NCBI GenBank assembly: GCA_000004985.1
Contig: GG738859.1
DNA from: Naegleria gruberi
Lineage: Eukaryota
Direction: 5' to 3' (one strand)
Length of the DNA stretch: 64,000 nt
Shown: positions 20,766 through 32,416 of the stretch, one piece after another
How positions within the stretch are numbered: the first letter of the stretch is position 1
Layout of the letters: each line of letters starts with the position of its first letter
Program-made: the position numbers and the translations under genes
Notes under the pieces: generated by a model
Told to the model about the DNA's origin: nothing
Seen by the model: the letters and a program-made list of their open reading frames with translations, nothing else
Databases searched by the model: none

Positions 20766-22724
20766 ATGTTTATGAATAATAGTTTACCTACATCATCAGA
20801 GAGGGATTTTGATAGTAAAGAAAAACAAATTAGTGCTCAATATGCTAATTTATTGCAACGATCGAATAGATACTTCTCCGGGCTGAGGTTTGTTTTTATT
20901 GTTTGATTATCAATTTAATAATATATTTAATATTTGATTGTGTGTGCATTATAACTGATTACAGAGAACTTCCACAAACTGGACAAAGAAAAGTGTGGGA
21001 GCCATACTTTCGAAAGACATTCGAAGTATTCACACAACTGTGGAAATATCAATTGGAACATCGTTCTGTTTTGGAGAAGAAGGCCAATTTGAAGAGGTTT
21101 GAAATTGGTGAAATTGCATCACGTATTGGTCAACTCTATTACTTGTACTAGTAAGTGTCTATTCTTCATGATGATCGACTAATCGTATAAAAACAGTTTA
21201 AGAACAGGTGATATCAGATATGTCTATGAATCCTATAGATTTTATGAAGCAATTCATACAAGACAATATTTCAAAAATATTGAAAGAGAAGACAATGCTC
21301 AACTTTATCACGGAATGCTCAGATATTATGCTAGATTTATTGTTGTTTGTTTACTAGTTAACAAACGACAAATCATTTATGAAATTTTACCGGAATTTAA
21401 AGATAATGTCAGCAATTATTTAACACATTTTAATATTGGTGGAAAAGGAGGAGAGGAATGGGAATTGCTCATTAATGAACTTGAAAACTTTTTAAAAGCC
21501 GAAACGAGTGTTACAATCGATCAAGCTGTTGATCTAATTAACTATAGATCAGCTGTTCAATTTCCAAAATCTAAAAGTAGAAGAAACAATATACCTAATT
21601 ATTTATTTGATAATCGAAGTGGCAACAATACGCCTTCTTCCTCAGATGATTCATCACCATCCGATATTACTTCTCCTGTTGAGGAAACAATATTTTCACA
21701 AATGACAAGTTCAAATTATATTGTCAAAATTTCAGATGCCATATTGATGACAAACAGAAAATCAACAGTCAAATTCAGTGAATTAACCTTGGATGTTTTT
21801 AGAATTATACAATCATTGGAAAAGAATTCACTCAACGAGAAGCAAGCATCCATTCGTAAAACCATGCTCTACAGACCAACTGTTTCCGAAATGTTAGCAA
21901 GCTTATCGAGTAGTGTGGATATTTCTGAGAGTGTTGACACCACCCAAAATACCAATTTTGCTAATTTTATTTACATTTCGGCTGATGGAGCCAAAGGAGG
22001 AGTTTCACTAAATTCCAAGAGAAGAAGCAATCAACAATATTCTTTCGATGAAGAGTTATCGACAGAGACTAGCCATTTTATGGATCCTAACAGCCTTACA
22101 ATAGATGACATTTTGCCATTCACAAGAAAGCCACTATTTTTAGTTGTTGAAAGTGAGAATTCAACATCTCTAATGGTAAGTAACTATTTTGATATTATCA
22201 TTTATTCTAATTTGAAATAGCCAAAACATAATAGATTCCCATCCTGCTTTGTTTGTTTATTCTCCCCTAAACTTTACGTCTCTCATCTCTCCAATACCTC
22301 AATGATTGGATCCTTCTTTACACACTTCCTTGCATCACCAATTCTTGCCTTGTGCACGTTGACAAAGTTGGAAAGTGTGAAAAATATTGAAAAGAATGTT
22401 TATAGAGAATGTGAGAGTATTTTAATTAATTCCTTTACCGAGATGCACAAGATTCTCTCTCAAGATGACGATTTGGATATTTCACTCAAACTATATTTGG
22501 AAAATGAAACAACGAGACTTTACATTTTGAGGTTTATTCTTTGCAGATTTTTATTGGAAACTTACCTACGTGCTAATAGTGAACTCGTTTTAGGGCATCA
22601 CTTGCATTCATTCCTCCCAACTTCCTATCCAACTATTCCACACGTTTCACAGGACGTATTAACCAAGACTGTCACTCAAATTCTTGAAAGATTGGAGATT
22701 GACTCGAAACTTTTTGATATTTAA
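20766..22724 (+). CDS. SCAI: SCAI (suppressor of cancer cell invasion)-family protein, 4 exons
   Basis: Exons about 20766-20887, 20965-21150, 21197-22175 and 22221-22724 (introns 77, 46 and 45 nt). The spliced translation matches SCAI across conserved blocks: WEPYFRKTFEVFTQLWKYQ, IGEIASRIGQLYYLYYLRT, LRYYARFIVVCLLVNK, VKFSELTLDVFRIIQSLE, PFTRKPLFLVVESENS. Confidence 0.8.
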
Positions 22725-22735
22725 TTTATTAAAAT

Positions 22736-23971
22736 TTATAATTTACTTGCTCGCATAACCTTTTGAATACCTTCTCTGATAGGCACTCTTGGAGAATAGC
22801 CCAAGTCTCTCTGGGCATTACTCAAATCAAAAGTGGCACTTCTAGAAATGGTAGCAACTGCATATCTAGAAAGAGGTGGGTCTCTATCATAAATACCTAA
22901 CAAGGAAAAAACACATTCAAAAATATATCCAATAAAGTAAGCGAATGTAAAATTGATCTTCTTGGGAACAAAAGTATCAGGTCCAGTCTTTTTCTCATAA
23001 TTCAAATCAATGTTCAAATAGTCCTTACTCAATTCCTTACATAATTTATGTAAATCCAATGGTTCTCCATTTGTGATATTGTAAGCCTTTCCCAAACACT
23101 TGTCTCTCTTGTAGGCTAAAAGCAGAGCATCAACAACATTATCGATATAAGTCAAATCAATCAAAAGTGGTTTGTCCTTCTCTGAAATATTTACAAATCT
23201 TCTCTCACGTAAAACTTGAGTAATTCTTGGTAAAATTGCAGTATCATGAATTCCAATTACTGCACGTGGCCTTATAGAAACTACTGGGAACTGATGCTCT
23301 CTATACAAACTCAAAATAAATTGTTCAGCCATATACTTGGTCTTGGCATATTCATTCAACATGTTTTCCATTTTCAGTGTTTCATCATTATTCTCACTAA
23401 CATTATACAAATGTTCCCTACTCATATAAATAGAGGGTGTTCCAACAAATACAAATCTACTCAATTTCTTATTTTTCTTATAGTGAGCGAGTGCCAAATT
23501 GGCCAAATTCATTGTACCTTGAACATTTGCCTTGTATAAATCAGTAGCTCTAGCCCATGAAGTCGACAAGGCTGCACAATGGAAAATCACATCAACACTC
23601 GACAAGATTGGATCTAATAATGTATTAACACTCTCCGAATCACTAATATCACACTTGATAAACTCAACATTTAAATACTTGTTTTCCAATTCACTGCCAA
23701 TCGTGACATTTCTTCCGAGAATGATAATTTTTCCAAAATCTTTTTCTATTGATGATAATAAATTATTAATATCATCATTGCTATTATTTTCATTTTGTTT
23801 GATCTTGTTTGATGATGTTTGGACAGTTAATTGTTTTGGTTTGGCAATTCTTTCACAAAGTACTCGACCAACATGTCCCGTGGCTCCAGTAATGAGTGCT
23901 GTTTGCTTCTTGTTGTCTGCTGTTTCATCGACAGTCGTACTACCAGATGGCAGGATATCATGACAGGACAT
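22736..23971 (-). CDS. NAD(P)-dependent 3-beta-hydroxysteroid dehydrogenase/NSDHL-like (extended SDR) enzyme
   Basis: 411-aa ORF. N-terminal LITGATGHVGRVL Rossmann motif, catalytic YAKTK (YxxxK), and a C-terminal membrane-associated region. An Asn/Ser-rich insertion follows the Rossmann motif. Confidence 0.65.
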   Translation of the reverse strand: MSCHDILPSGSTTVDETADNKKQTALITGATGHVGRVLCERIAKPKQLTVQTSSNKIKQNENNSNDDINNLLSSIEKDFGKIIILGRNVTIGSELENKYLNVEFIKCDISDSESVNTLLDPILSSVDVIFHCAALSTSWARATDLYKANVQGTMNLANLALAHYKKNKKLSRFVFVGTPSIYMSREHLYNVSENNDETLKMENMLNEYAKTKYMAEQFILSLYREHQFPVVSIRPRAVIGIHDTAILPRITQVLRERRFVNISEKDKPLLIDLTYIDNVVDALLLAYKRDKCLGKAYNITNGEPLDLHKLCKELSKDYLNIDLNYEKKTGPDTFVPKKINFTFAYFIGYIFECVFSLLGIYDRDPPLSRYAVATISRSATFDLSNAQRDLGYSPRVPIREGIQKVMRASKL

Positions 23972-24039
23972 TTTTTTGAACTATTCGAATGGAACAAAAA
24001 GGAGTCGATTTGCTGTACTGGATTTTGAAAAAGATCTGT

Positions 24040-24966
24040 TTATTGCTTCTTCTTGGATCCAGGTTTTGGCCAGAAAAAGCTTCGATATGCTTTGGCTGTT
24101 TCTCTATCTCTCTCCGTAACTGTGACTCTGTCGAAAGATTTCAGATAGGGAAAGATGGAGAGAATGCAGAACCGATAGTTTTTGATATCCTCAATTGGAT
24201 TTCCTAAAAGAGTGAGATACTTCAACTCTCTAAACCTTTGCAGTGGGGCAATTTCATTGAGGGAAGTAATATTATTGGCGTGTAAGTAAAGTGTAGTGAG
24301 GTTTTCTGGGAGAGAATCAATACCTTCCAGTGTCGATAAACTGTTGAAAGAAAGATCTACCCATAGTAACTCATTTGGGGTTTCCAAAACATTTGAAAGA
24401 ACTGAGAAAATACCAATTAGACTTGTCAAGTTATTATTTGACAATCTGACTCCTCTTCCTAAATATTTGACAACTTCTTGAGGGGCTTCCTCTTTCTTTT
24501 CCTCTTGCTTTCCAATAAAATCAGAAGTATTCATTTGCATCATTTTTGCTCTTTCATCCAATAGAGTTCTGTTTCCTCGTTTTATGGTTGTTTGATCATC
24601 TTCCACTTTAATTAAACTCGATTTGTTTGATTCCTCGGAGTGATCTTTTGTGACTACTTTTTCTCCATATCTTGGCTCTTGTCCGTATAAATCTATTTTT
24701 CAAATGATGATTTTAATGATTAGATATTTGTATTATTGATGAAGTTTGGAAACAAGTATTTTGCAAAACAAACCTTCCAAAACATTTAAATTCTTAAATG
24801 AAAAATCAATAATTGGAGCTGTAAAATTTGCATAACTGAGTGGAGGACCACTCATTTGAGAACTATTCTGAATGGTTGTATTATTGGTTCTATTGGCTTG
24901 AGAATTACTAATCAAACTCTGATTAATTTTACTGCTGTCATTGTGAGCAGATGTTTTTAATGGCAT
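24040..24966 (-). CDS. Leucine-rich repeat protein (LRR plus LRR-cap), 2 exons
   Basis: Exon 1 about 24966-24774 (Asn/Ser-rich, ends ...NLNVLE, donor GTTTGT). Intron about 24773-24693 (81 nt). Exon 2 is 24692-24040 with LSNNNLTSL, LSFNSLSTLEGI, LYLHANNITSL and LTLLGNPIE. Confidence 0.6.
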
Positions 24967-25272
24967 TTTGTTTTTATAAAGGATAAGTTGTCGAGATTTG
25001 AAGTTAATATAATGTTGTTGTTCCTTGATTCCGAGAGAGGTGAATGTTGTTCTCTCTTTTTTTATTGAAATTTTTGGCAAACGGTTAAGGCGGTATAAGG
25101 AAGAGAATGATAGGTGCTGAAGTGGACTGCATGTTCTGAATTTTTATATTTCTATTGGTAAGAAACTTGAATCATGCTTCCAATGAATGTAAAATAATTT
25201 TAGAGAACTGATGCTAAAAGTTCGATATTAATACGAACAGCTGCTGCTTATGAATTTCTCATCTTTAAAAAA

Positions 25273-25774
25273 ATGAATAAAAACAAGATATTATTGGGTG
25301 GAATCTTGTTGTGTATTTTTATCATGGTCTTGTTGAATAACTTGATCAGTGTGTCGGAAGAAGGCGAGTCTACACTATTTGTTAAGGCTCAAGATCAAGC
25401 TCTTGCTGATGATAGTATGTTTTAATAGATACAACATAAAAACACTGTGGTTATCATCTTAACAATTTTAAAATATTAATCCAACGAATTATAAAGACTC
25501 TGAAATGCTTACGGACCTTATCTCTGATGCCTCTAAGAATGATACCCTGACCTCGGACGATTTTAAAACCTTAGATGAATTGAACAACCTACCAAGTCAG
25601 AAAAAGATTATTGATGAAGCTAAGGAGGCTTTACTTGCAAACAAGCTGAAATATGAAACAATACTTTCGGATCTCAAGACAAAAGTAGACAGTATCAAGA
25701 AAGAGATTCAAACATTGAATACTGAGGAGGATTTAATTTCACAAATGATCCAAGAATTGGAAGCTACAGAATAA
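25273..25774 (+). CDS. Hypothetical small signal-anchored coiled-coil protein, 2 exons
   Basis: Exon 1 is 25273-25414 (MNKNKILLGGILLCIFIMVLL hydrophobic anchor, donor GTATGT). Exon 2 is 25497-25774, a heptad-rich coiled coil. Weak support. Confidence 0.3.
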
Positions 25775-26625
25775 TCCGTTTTACAGTATTTCCAGTAAAC
25801 AGATTCTCCTTGATGATCGATGTTTTTAGCCTTTTTGTCTTTTCAGTTAAAACCGTAGTTGAATGTATGTGAAAAATGTTTTGTAAATTAAATTAATCTT
25901 TAATCGTTTTTTGCTTTAAAAGTTGTCACTTGCAAGGCTTGATGGGTCAATTATTTTCTCAGAATATACAAGCCTAATCCATTTCAAGACAAAACCATTA
26001 TTTTTTGCCAAGAAAAAGGAAAGCTTGTCATTTGTTTGGTATTCACAATAGAATAGACTAACACTTCTGTTGCATCAACTATATTGTTGAATTATTGTTG
26101 TGATGAATAATTACAACACTATGTTGTGCACATACTGTTGTGTGATTAACTGTTATGATTTAATATTTCTATCGTCCATCTCCTGTCCAAGCCACTGCAC
26201 AAATATGAACAACATGAGAATTCAATGTAGCGGCTTTTTCGCACTTGTTGATGCAAAAATTTCATTCAACAACCCTTCTAAAGGACAAGCATAGGCTTTC
26301 TTGTTTTAGGAACGCGCACATAACAACAAAAAAATTAAACCCTTCAAGTCAATAGTGTGTGGAGTTCGTTCTGTCAGCGCGCCATATCATCAACAGTGGC
26401 CAACAGAAAAAGCAGCGAATTATTTTCATCATCATCAACGATACACATCATCATCACTAATAACAACAATAATAATTATATTATTGGATAAATATTGTTA
26501 GCACTGCAACAACAACAAGATTAACGTTTGCTACCTGATCAGTAGTAGTAACACAGGATCAAAGAAGTCAATACTTTTTGTCGGCAACAACAAACAAAAG
26601 AAACCTTGTGGGAACAATCTTTACC

Positions 26626-29349
26626 ATGTTGTCATCATCGACGATAAAACAACAAGCCATACCACCCTTTCATAATCATACGGAATTTTCTTCTCATCTT
26701 CGAATAATTGCAGAGGTTGATAAACACTCTAATAAGACAAAGTTGTATCTATACTCAATGCTGTCTAAGAACAAGATAGTCATCACACCTGATGTCCCTA
26801 AAACCATTAGTGAATTTAGAGATGAACATATGGATGTAGGCATGGTGTTTGCAGTTGTGGGCACATCTTGGTGCGGTAAATCGACTATTGCCAATGTGGC
26901 CAGACAATTATTTGGACCAAAGTATGGTCGTAATGAGAAGGCAGTTTTTGGTGATCTGATACGAGGTTCTATTGTCAAGTCCTTCTCTCAACTCTTAAAT
27001 TGTCTCAGAAACTTTTTGGACCAAGAAGATTTTGTTAAAGAGCATCAACGCACCATTCATGATAGGTTAATAGAGTTAAAGATCTTTAAACTTAAAAAGA
27101 GTTTGCAAACACCAAACTTTACATCCTCTGGTTGCGAGCCTAGAGGTCTCCACAGTGAATATGAAGCTCAGAAGAGTACAATAATAGCAACACCAATAAT
27201 GAAAGAGGAATTTGAACAATTGAAACGAGAATTGATTCAATATTTTGCTGAAAGAAATGAGGTTATAGATCGATCACTTGATATTCATTCAGACGTAAAT
27301 CGTGTGGTGAAACTCTTAGAGAGCTTATGGAACGACCCTATTGTACAAATTGTCTATGCCCTAAATCATAGAATTCCTAATCTCAACGTATCAACTAACC
27401 TAGATTACTGGATACCAAGACTTAAAAAGATTTTCTCAGCTGGCTTTTCTCCTAAATCTAAAGACATTCTCCAATCCCACCCAGGCCATAATGGTATCTA
27501 TGCCCATCATCCTATGGAATGCAAGTTTCCAAAAAATCAAACTGAGACTGTGACTGAAATTCCACTCTTTGAAGCTAAGGAAATACCATTTGTAGTGTTG
27601 GATGTTACAGACGTTAGTCGTAAATTGGAACATGTTATAGATCTTGTAACAGATATTGTATTTGTAGTTTCTATGGATGACTATTATCTTATAGACGAGA
27701 GAAATATGGACAGATTATCTGATGCCATTCAAAAATTTAGAAAACTTTGCGAGGACATGAAAGAAAGCTTCTTATCGAGAAGAATTCCACTCAAAAACAT
27801 TACACTTGTTTTTAACAAGTTTGATATATTTTCAGACAAGGCCTCCAAATCTGAGGACCCTTTTATCAAGTTAGAAACATCCCACCCAGATATTTATACT
27901 TATTATGGTACTGATTCAGGAGCTTCCCAGCACCTTATCAGGTCCCTCATTGACTATTTTGTAAACATTTACGATTCATACTTTAGAGATATAAGAGAAT
28001 TTCCAATAAGCAAACATCAAATTGAAACTTATAGACTAACATCGAGTTTACTGGCTGGTACTATACTGAACATTTGTGTAACATCTGCCACTAACAAAAG
28101 TAACATGGAAGATTTTTGGAGATTTGTGATTGGTCGTGAAAAAGGCGTTGAGCAACGTTCTTATTGTACAGACGGTTCATGGATACCGTTCAGAATGTGT
28201 AGATCATCTCTTCATGAGCAGTATGGAATCTCTTACCTTAATTGGGGAGAGAACTTCTTCATACATGGTAATAACCAACCATTTAGATTTGCTGTGCACG
28301 AAAGCCTTCTCTTACTGAGATGTCCACAGCTGGCTACTATAATAGGGTTAAACGAGAAGAACAAGAAGGCTGTAAATACTTATGAACCAGTTCCAACAAT
28401 AATGGTGGACTTTGATGTTGGTGTTTTAGCCGAATTGATACGGAGGATTTATGATGGCTTTAGTGTTTTTGATTTACAAAAATTCATTCAACACTATCCT
28501 TCTCTCCTTCCTGTTGTTATCAAGAAGCCAAAGAAGCTAACCAAAAAACCAAAGCTACTTCGACCAGTTATTCTAAAATACAAAATGATCAAGGCAAAAA
28601 CTATTAACAAGAACATTATATATAGATTTAACCATCCTCAATTTACTGATATAGTTAACTATGTTGACTTGATTGGAAATAATTTTTCTGCCCTCTCTGG
28701 TAGACATGACATGCTGTTATTCCACCAAAGTGATAACATTTCGAGTTGCAAGTTCATGCTATCGATGAGATTGCCAGGATTCACTCTTGAGAAAGATTAC
28801 TATGTACTTGTTCCATATATCAAAAAGCCCTCATATTTTAATGTTTTGAGAATACTTAACCACGAACGAGACGTTTGCATTGATAACTGGAAAGAGCTGA
28901 TAGAAATGATTTTCATCAGCAAAATGTGGCAGTTTGAAGACGATTCTATATTAGTAGAGACTTTGAGAAAAATGTTTAAAAATGTAGTTTCAGCTGATAA
29001 TGTTCACCAAATGATTCCACTGTTGTCAAATGACTTTATAGATTTCTCTCAACTTGATGACCCTGTACAAGGCAAGGTTTCAGAGAGAACCCTTCTAGAT
29101 AACCTACCAACAGAAATAATCTATGTTGTGTCTTCCTTTTTGTATGGTGTCTTTGATACAAATCCACAAAACTCTCTAATTGATCAAGACTACTTGAGTC
29201 TTATTTGTTGCCTGAATCATACCTCCTTCTTTAGGTTCTTTAAAGAGATTCCTAAGGACAAACTCAAACAATTTATTTGGAAAACTAAGTTTACCAAATT
29301 TACCCTATTTTTGAAAGAGTGTAATTCTTTCCTAGAAAAACACAAATAA
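26626..29349 (+). CDS. Divergent G-alpha-like GTPase domain fused to a ~450-aa C-terminal extension of unknown function
   Basis: Open from 26578; the first ATG is at 26626. P-loop VVGTSWCGKSTIANVARQLFGP resembles GAGESGKSTIVKQMKIIH. NKxD is LVFNKFDIFSDK and TCAT is ICVTSATNK. Switch II reads VVLDVTDVSRK instead of DVGGQR, and the arginine-finger region reads NQTETVTEI. Confidence 0.65.
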   Translation: MLSSSTIKQQAIPPFHNHTEFSSHLRIIAEVDKHSNKTKLYLYSMLSKNKIVITPDVPKTISEFRDEHMDVGMVFAVVGTSWCGKSTIANVARQLFGPKYGRNEKAVFGDLIRGSIVKSFSQLLNCLRNFLDQEDFVKEHQRTIHDRLIELKIFKLKKSLQTPNFTSSGCEPRGLHSEYEAQKSTIIATPIMKEEFEQLKRELIQYFAERNEVIDRSLDIHSDVNRVVKLLESLWNDPIVQIVYALNHRIPNLNVSTNLDYWIPRLKKIFSAGFSPKSKDILQSHPGHNGIYAHHPMECKFPKNQTETVTEIPLFEAKEIPFVVLDVTDVSRKLEHVIDLVTDIVFVVSMDDYYLIDERNMDRLSDAIQKFRKLCEDMKESFLSRRIPLKNITLVFNKFDIFSDKASKSEDPFIKLETSHPDIYTYYGTDSGASQHLIRSLIDYFVNIYDSYFRDIREFPISKHQIETYRLTSSLLAGTILNICVTSATNKSNMEDFWRFVIGREKGVEQRSYCTDGSWIPFRMCRSSLHEQYGISYLNWGENFFIHGNNQPFRFAVHESLLLLRCPQLATIIGLNEKNKKAVNTYEPVPTIMVDFDVGVLAELIRRIYDGFSVFDLQKFIQHYPSLLPVVIKKPKKLTKKPKLLRPVILKYKMIKAKTINKNIIYRFNHPQFTDIVNYVDLIGNNFSALSGRHDMLLFHQSDNISSCKFMLSMRLPGFTLEKDYYVLVPYIKKPSYFNVLRILNHERDVCIDNWKELIEMIFISKMWQFEDDSILVETLRKMFKNVVSADNVHQMIPLLSNDFIDFSQLDDPVQGKVSERTLLDNLPTEIIYVVSSFLYGVFDTNPQNSLIDQDYLSLICCLNHTSFFRFFKEIPKDKLKQFIWKTKFTKFTLFLKECNSFLEKHK

Positions 29350-29451
29350 ACACAAACCTAATTTATTTTGTCACAGTGTTTTGGTATTCCTCTTTTTGGA
29401 AAATAAATTAATCTAATTATAACTTTTACATTTAAAAAAATAAGTGATGGA

Positions 29452-32408
29452 ATGAAAACGATCATTGTCAGGTTCGAAGACATCACAATACCTCCTAAAG
29501 TGTTGGAAAAGTCATTCAATGATTGGGAACACTTGGCACCTTTTGAATTGTTTGAAGAATTGCAGAAATATCTTCGGGATGAATGTTTTATTCATGTACA
29601 CCAATTTTCAAAGATGATACTAAAATCGGAGGATAATGAGTATGAAATATCATCTCGTATTGTTCATCAAGTTGGCAATGTACAACTGTCAATCCAAAAT
29701 TATTATATTTCATGGTATAACTTATTCGACAAGGAAATTAGAGTTAGACTTTGTCCACTTTATCACCAACAAGAAGAGGATTCTATCGTTCCAACCGATG
29801 AAGTGTGTTTGCATTTGGGTTGTCACTCATTTACAGAAAGACAATTGTTAGAGGTGAAGGAATCGGAATTAATTGAAGAAAGGAGAGGCTATTTGTGTTA
29901 CTTATTGCAAGTAATATTTGAGGATGGAAATCATGTTGCTTCTTCTTCTGTTAAAATAGATCAATCCTACCTCATGGATACATTAGAAAAGTTTCCTACA
30001 GAGTTTGAGGCTTTTTGTAAATGGCTCATTGTTAACAAGTTGAAGAGAACAAGAGCCTATTTGAAGGAAGATCGTTATATTATTGTAAATGGAAGATATG
30101 AAATGTGCTTTCACTTAATACATGGAGGAAGATTAAGTAATCCACTCAACAATACTTCGAACGAAAGTAATGAAAGAAATCAACTGTGGATTGGGAAAGA
30201 TTTTAAAAACAAGTGTAAGGTAGTTATGAAATTTGGAATCAGAACTGAAAATGAGTTTGAAAATCTACAAAAAATCAAACATAGTCATATTATTCAAACT
30301 TTAGATCATTATCCCTCTAATGAAATACAGGAAAATGCTTTTGTTACTTTTCTATATAAGGGGCTCAATTTGAGACAACTTATTGAATCAAAGGATAATA
30401 ACCTCACATTTAAAGAAATTAGAGAAATTGTATCGCAAATTGTTGATGCCATTGCTTATCTTCATGATATGGGAATAGTTCACAAAGACATCAAACATGA
30501 AAATATTCTTATTGAGGAAAATTTGGACAAGATTTGGCTTGTAGATTTTGATGAGAATTCGTATTCAGGTGGTTGTACAATTTTTTTAAATCAACCTCCA
30601 GAAAAAGTATTATCCATGAAAGCAGATATTTGGGCATTAGGGGTACTTGTCTACCAATTAATAACAAAAGATCTGGAGACTAATATTCAAAAAGATTTTC
30701 TCAGTGGACGCATACAGATTGGACATCATATTGACATTCTAATTGAACAATCAAATGATACTAATCTCCAAACGTTAGCGAAGATTGTAAGAACGTGTTT
30801 ACAAGAAAAACAATCAAGACCCACAATATATGGGATTTATGAAATATTGTATGAAGAAGAACTTGAATTATTGGAAGACATAGAATTTGAAAGTGATATT
30901 GATGAAGAAATAGATTTATCAGAAATTGATAGGGATGATTTGATATCTCAACTATCTACTAATGGAATGAAATTGAGATATATTCCTTATTCAAACCAAG
31001 ACATGGAAATGGTAACAGCAGCTGTCAACTGTAATTGTAATGCACTGGAGTTTACCTCACCTTTATTGAAAGAGTCAGATGATTTCATTGATAGCATCCA
31101 AATACCTCCAGAGTGTGTAAAGTTGTTAGGAGTTGATAAGCAAATACGAATCATTAAGAAAGAACCATCCCTCTTCCATAGTTATAGACAACTAGTTCTA
31201 CAAGCTGTAAAGCACGACAGCTCACTTTTTCATCATTTAACAGAAGAATTGAAGAGTGACTCTGATATTTTTATTGTAGCCATCGAGAATGGATTGGAAA
31301 ACTATGAGCAATACTTGAAATATCATGCATCTTCCAAAAGTGTGGCATTGGTTGTGGTCGAATTATATCCCTCTCAACGAGAGCACTTTATTTACGATGT
31401 TTTTGAGGAAATTTATAAGGATCATTTGGATGCAATTAACAAAAACCCATTAGAATTGAGAAAAGCACCAAAACCCTTAAAGTCTTATTCTGATTTTGTA
31501 ATACAGATAGCTAAAAAGCAAATAGGCGTTCTAGAGTTTGCTTCTGATATTCTAAAATCAGATAGAAATTCATTTTAGAAGCTTCCAAGATATCACTTAG
31601 TGCTTTACAATATGCCAGTGCGAGTCTTCAATCAGATGAAGAGTTTATTGATAAAATATACAAAATAAGATGTCACGATCTGGATGCTTATCAATTAACT
31701 GGAGAAGAGAAAGAAATTTTCATGATTGCTATCTCAGGAAGGTTTAGTTTTATTCCTGAAAAATTCAAGAAGGACAGAGCTTTTGTTATGAAAGTACTGA
31801 AGAAAAGGGGAAGGATTCTAGAGTATATTCCTCACTTTTCATCTGATAAAGAGGTTGTTATGGCATCCATAATGCATTACTCATACGATCTTGAGTATGC
31901 AGACTATTCTTTACGTTCAGATGAAGAAATTGTACTGTTGGCAACCACATTGAATGGTGAGTGTTTTAGATACGCAGATTCAAAACTACAGGAAAATAGA
32001 GAATTTGTTAACAAGGTTGTCTCAATTAGTGGGCGTGCAATAGCTCATGCAAGTGAAATTTTGAAACAGGACAGAGAGATAGTGTTAGCTGCTGTTTCTC
32101 AAAATGGAAATGCATTGGCTTATGTTAATCATTTTAAGGATGATATGCAAGTGGTACTACGAGCAGTTGAGTCCAATGGTGATTCATTCCAGTTTGCCGA
32201 TCCCAAATTACAAGGTGATAAAGAGTTTGTTTTACAGGTTGTGAAACAAAACGCAAAAGCCCTTTTATTTGCATCATCCAAGTTAAAAGCCGATAGGAAT
32301 TTTATTTTGAAAATTGTGCAAACTAATGTATTCGCCTACCCTTACATTGGAGAGTACTTTAAAAACGATGAAGAAATTAAAGCAGTTTGGCAAAGTGCAT
32401 CTCAATAA
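29452..32408 (+). CDS. Protein kinase (HKDIKHEN / DFD) fused to C-terminal DUF4116 repeats; the ORF is interrupted by a 1-nt frameshift near 31573-31577
   Basis: Frame 1 ORF 29452-31578 holds the kinase domain (KVVMKFG, HKDIKHENILI, LVDFDEN, ADIWALGV) and then DUF4116-like repeats. A second frame is open from 31566 to 32408 and continues the same repeats (ALQYASASLQSDEEF, DREIVLAAVSQNGNALAYV). The switch sits at the tcaTTTTag run. Confidence 0.65.
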
Positions 32409-32416
32409 ATATGGTT

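Noticed and set aside
26100-26294. 64-aa Cys-rich ORF (MMNNYNTMLCTYCCVINCYDLIFLSSISCPSHC...) in the long region upstream of the G-alpha-like gene
   Set aside because: No homology, no splice or start context support. It lies in what is more likely a 5' UTR or promoter. Kept only as a low-probability small protein.
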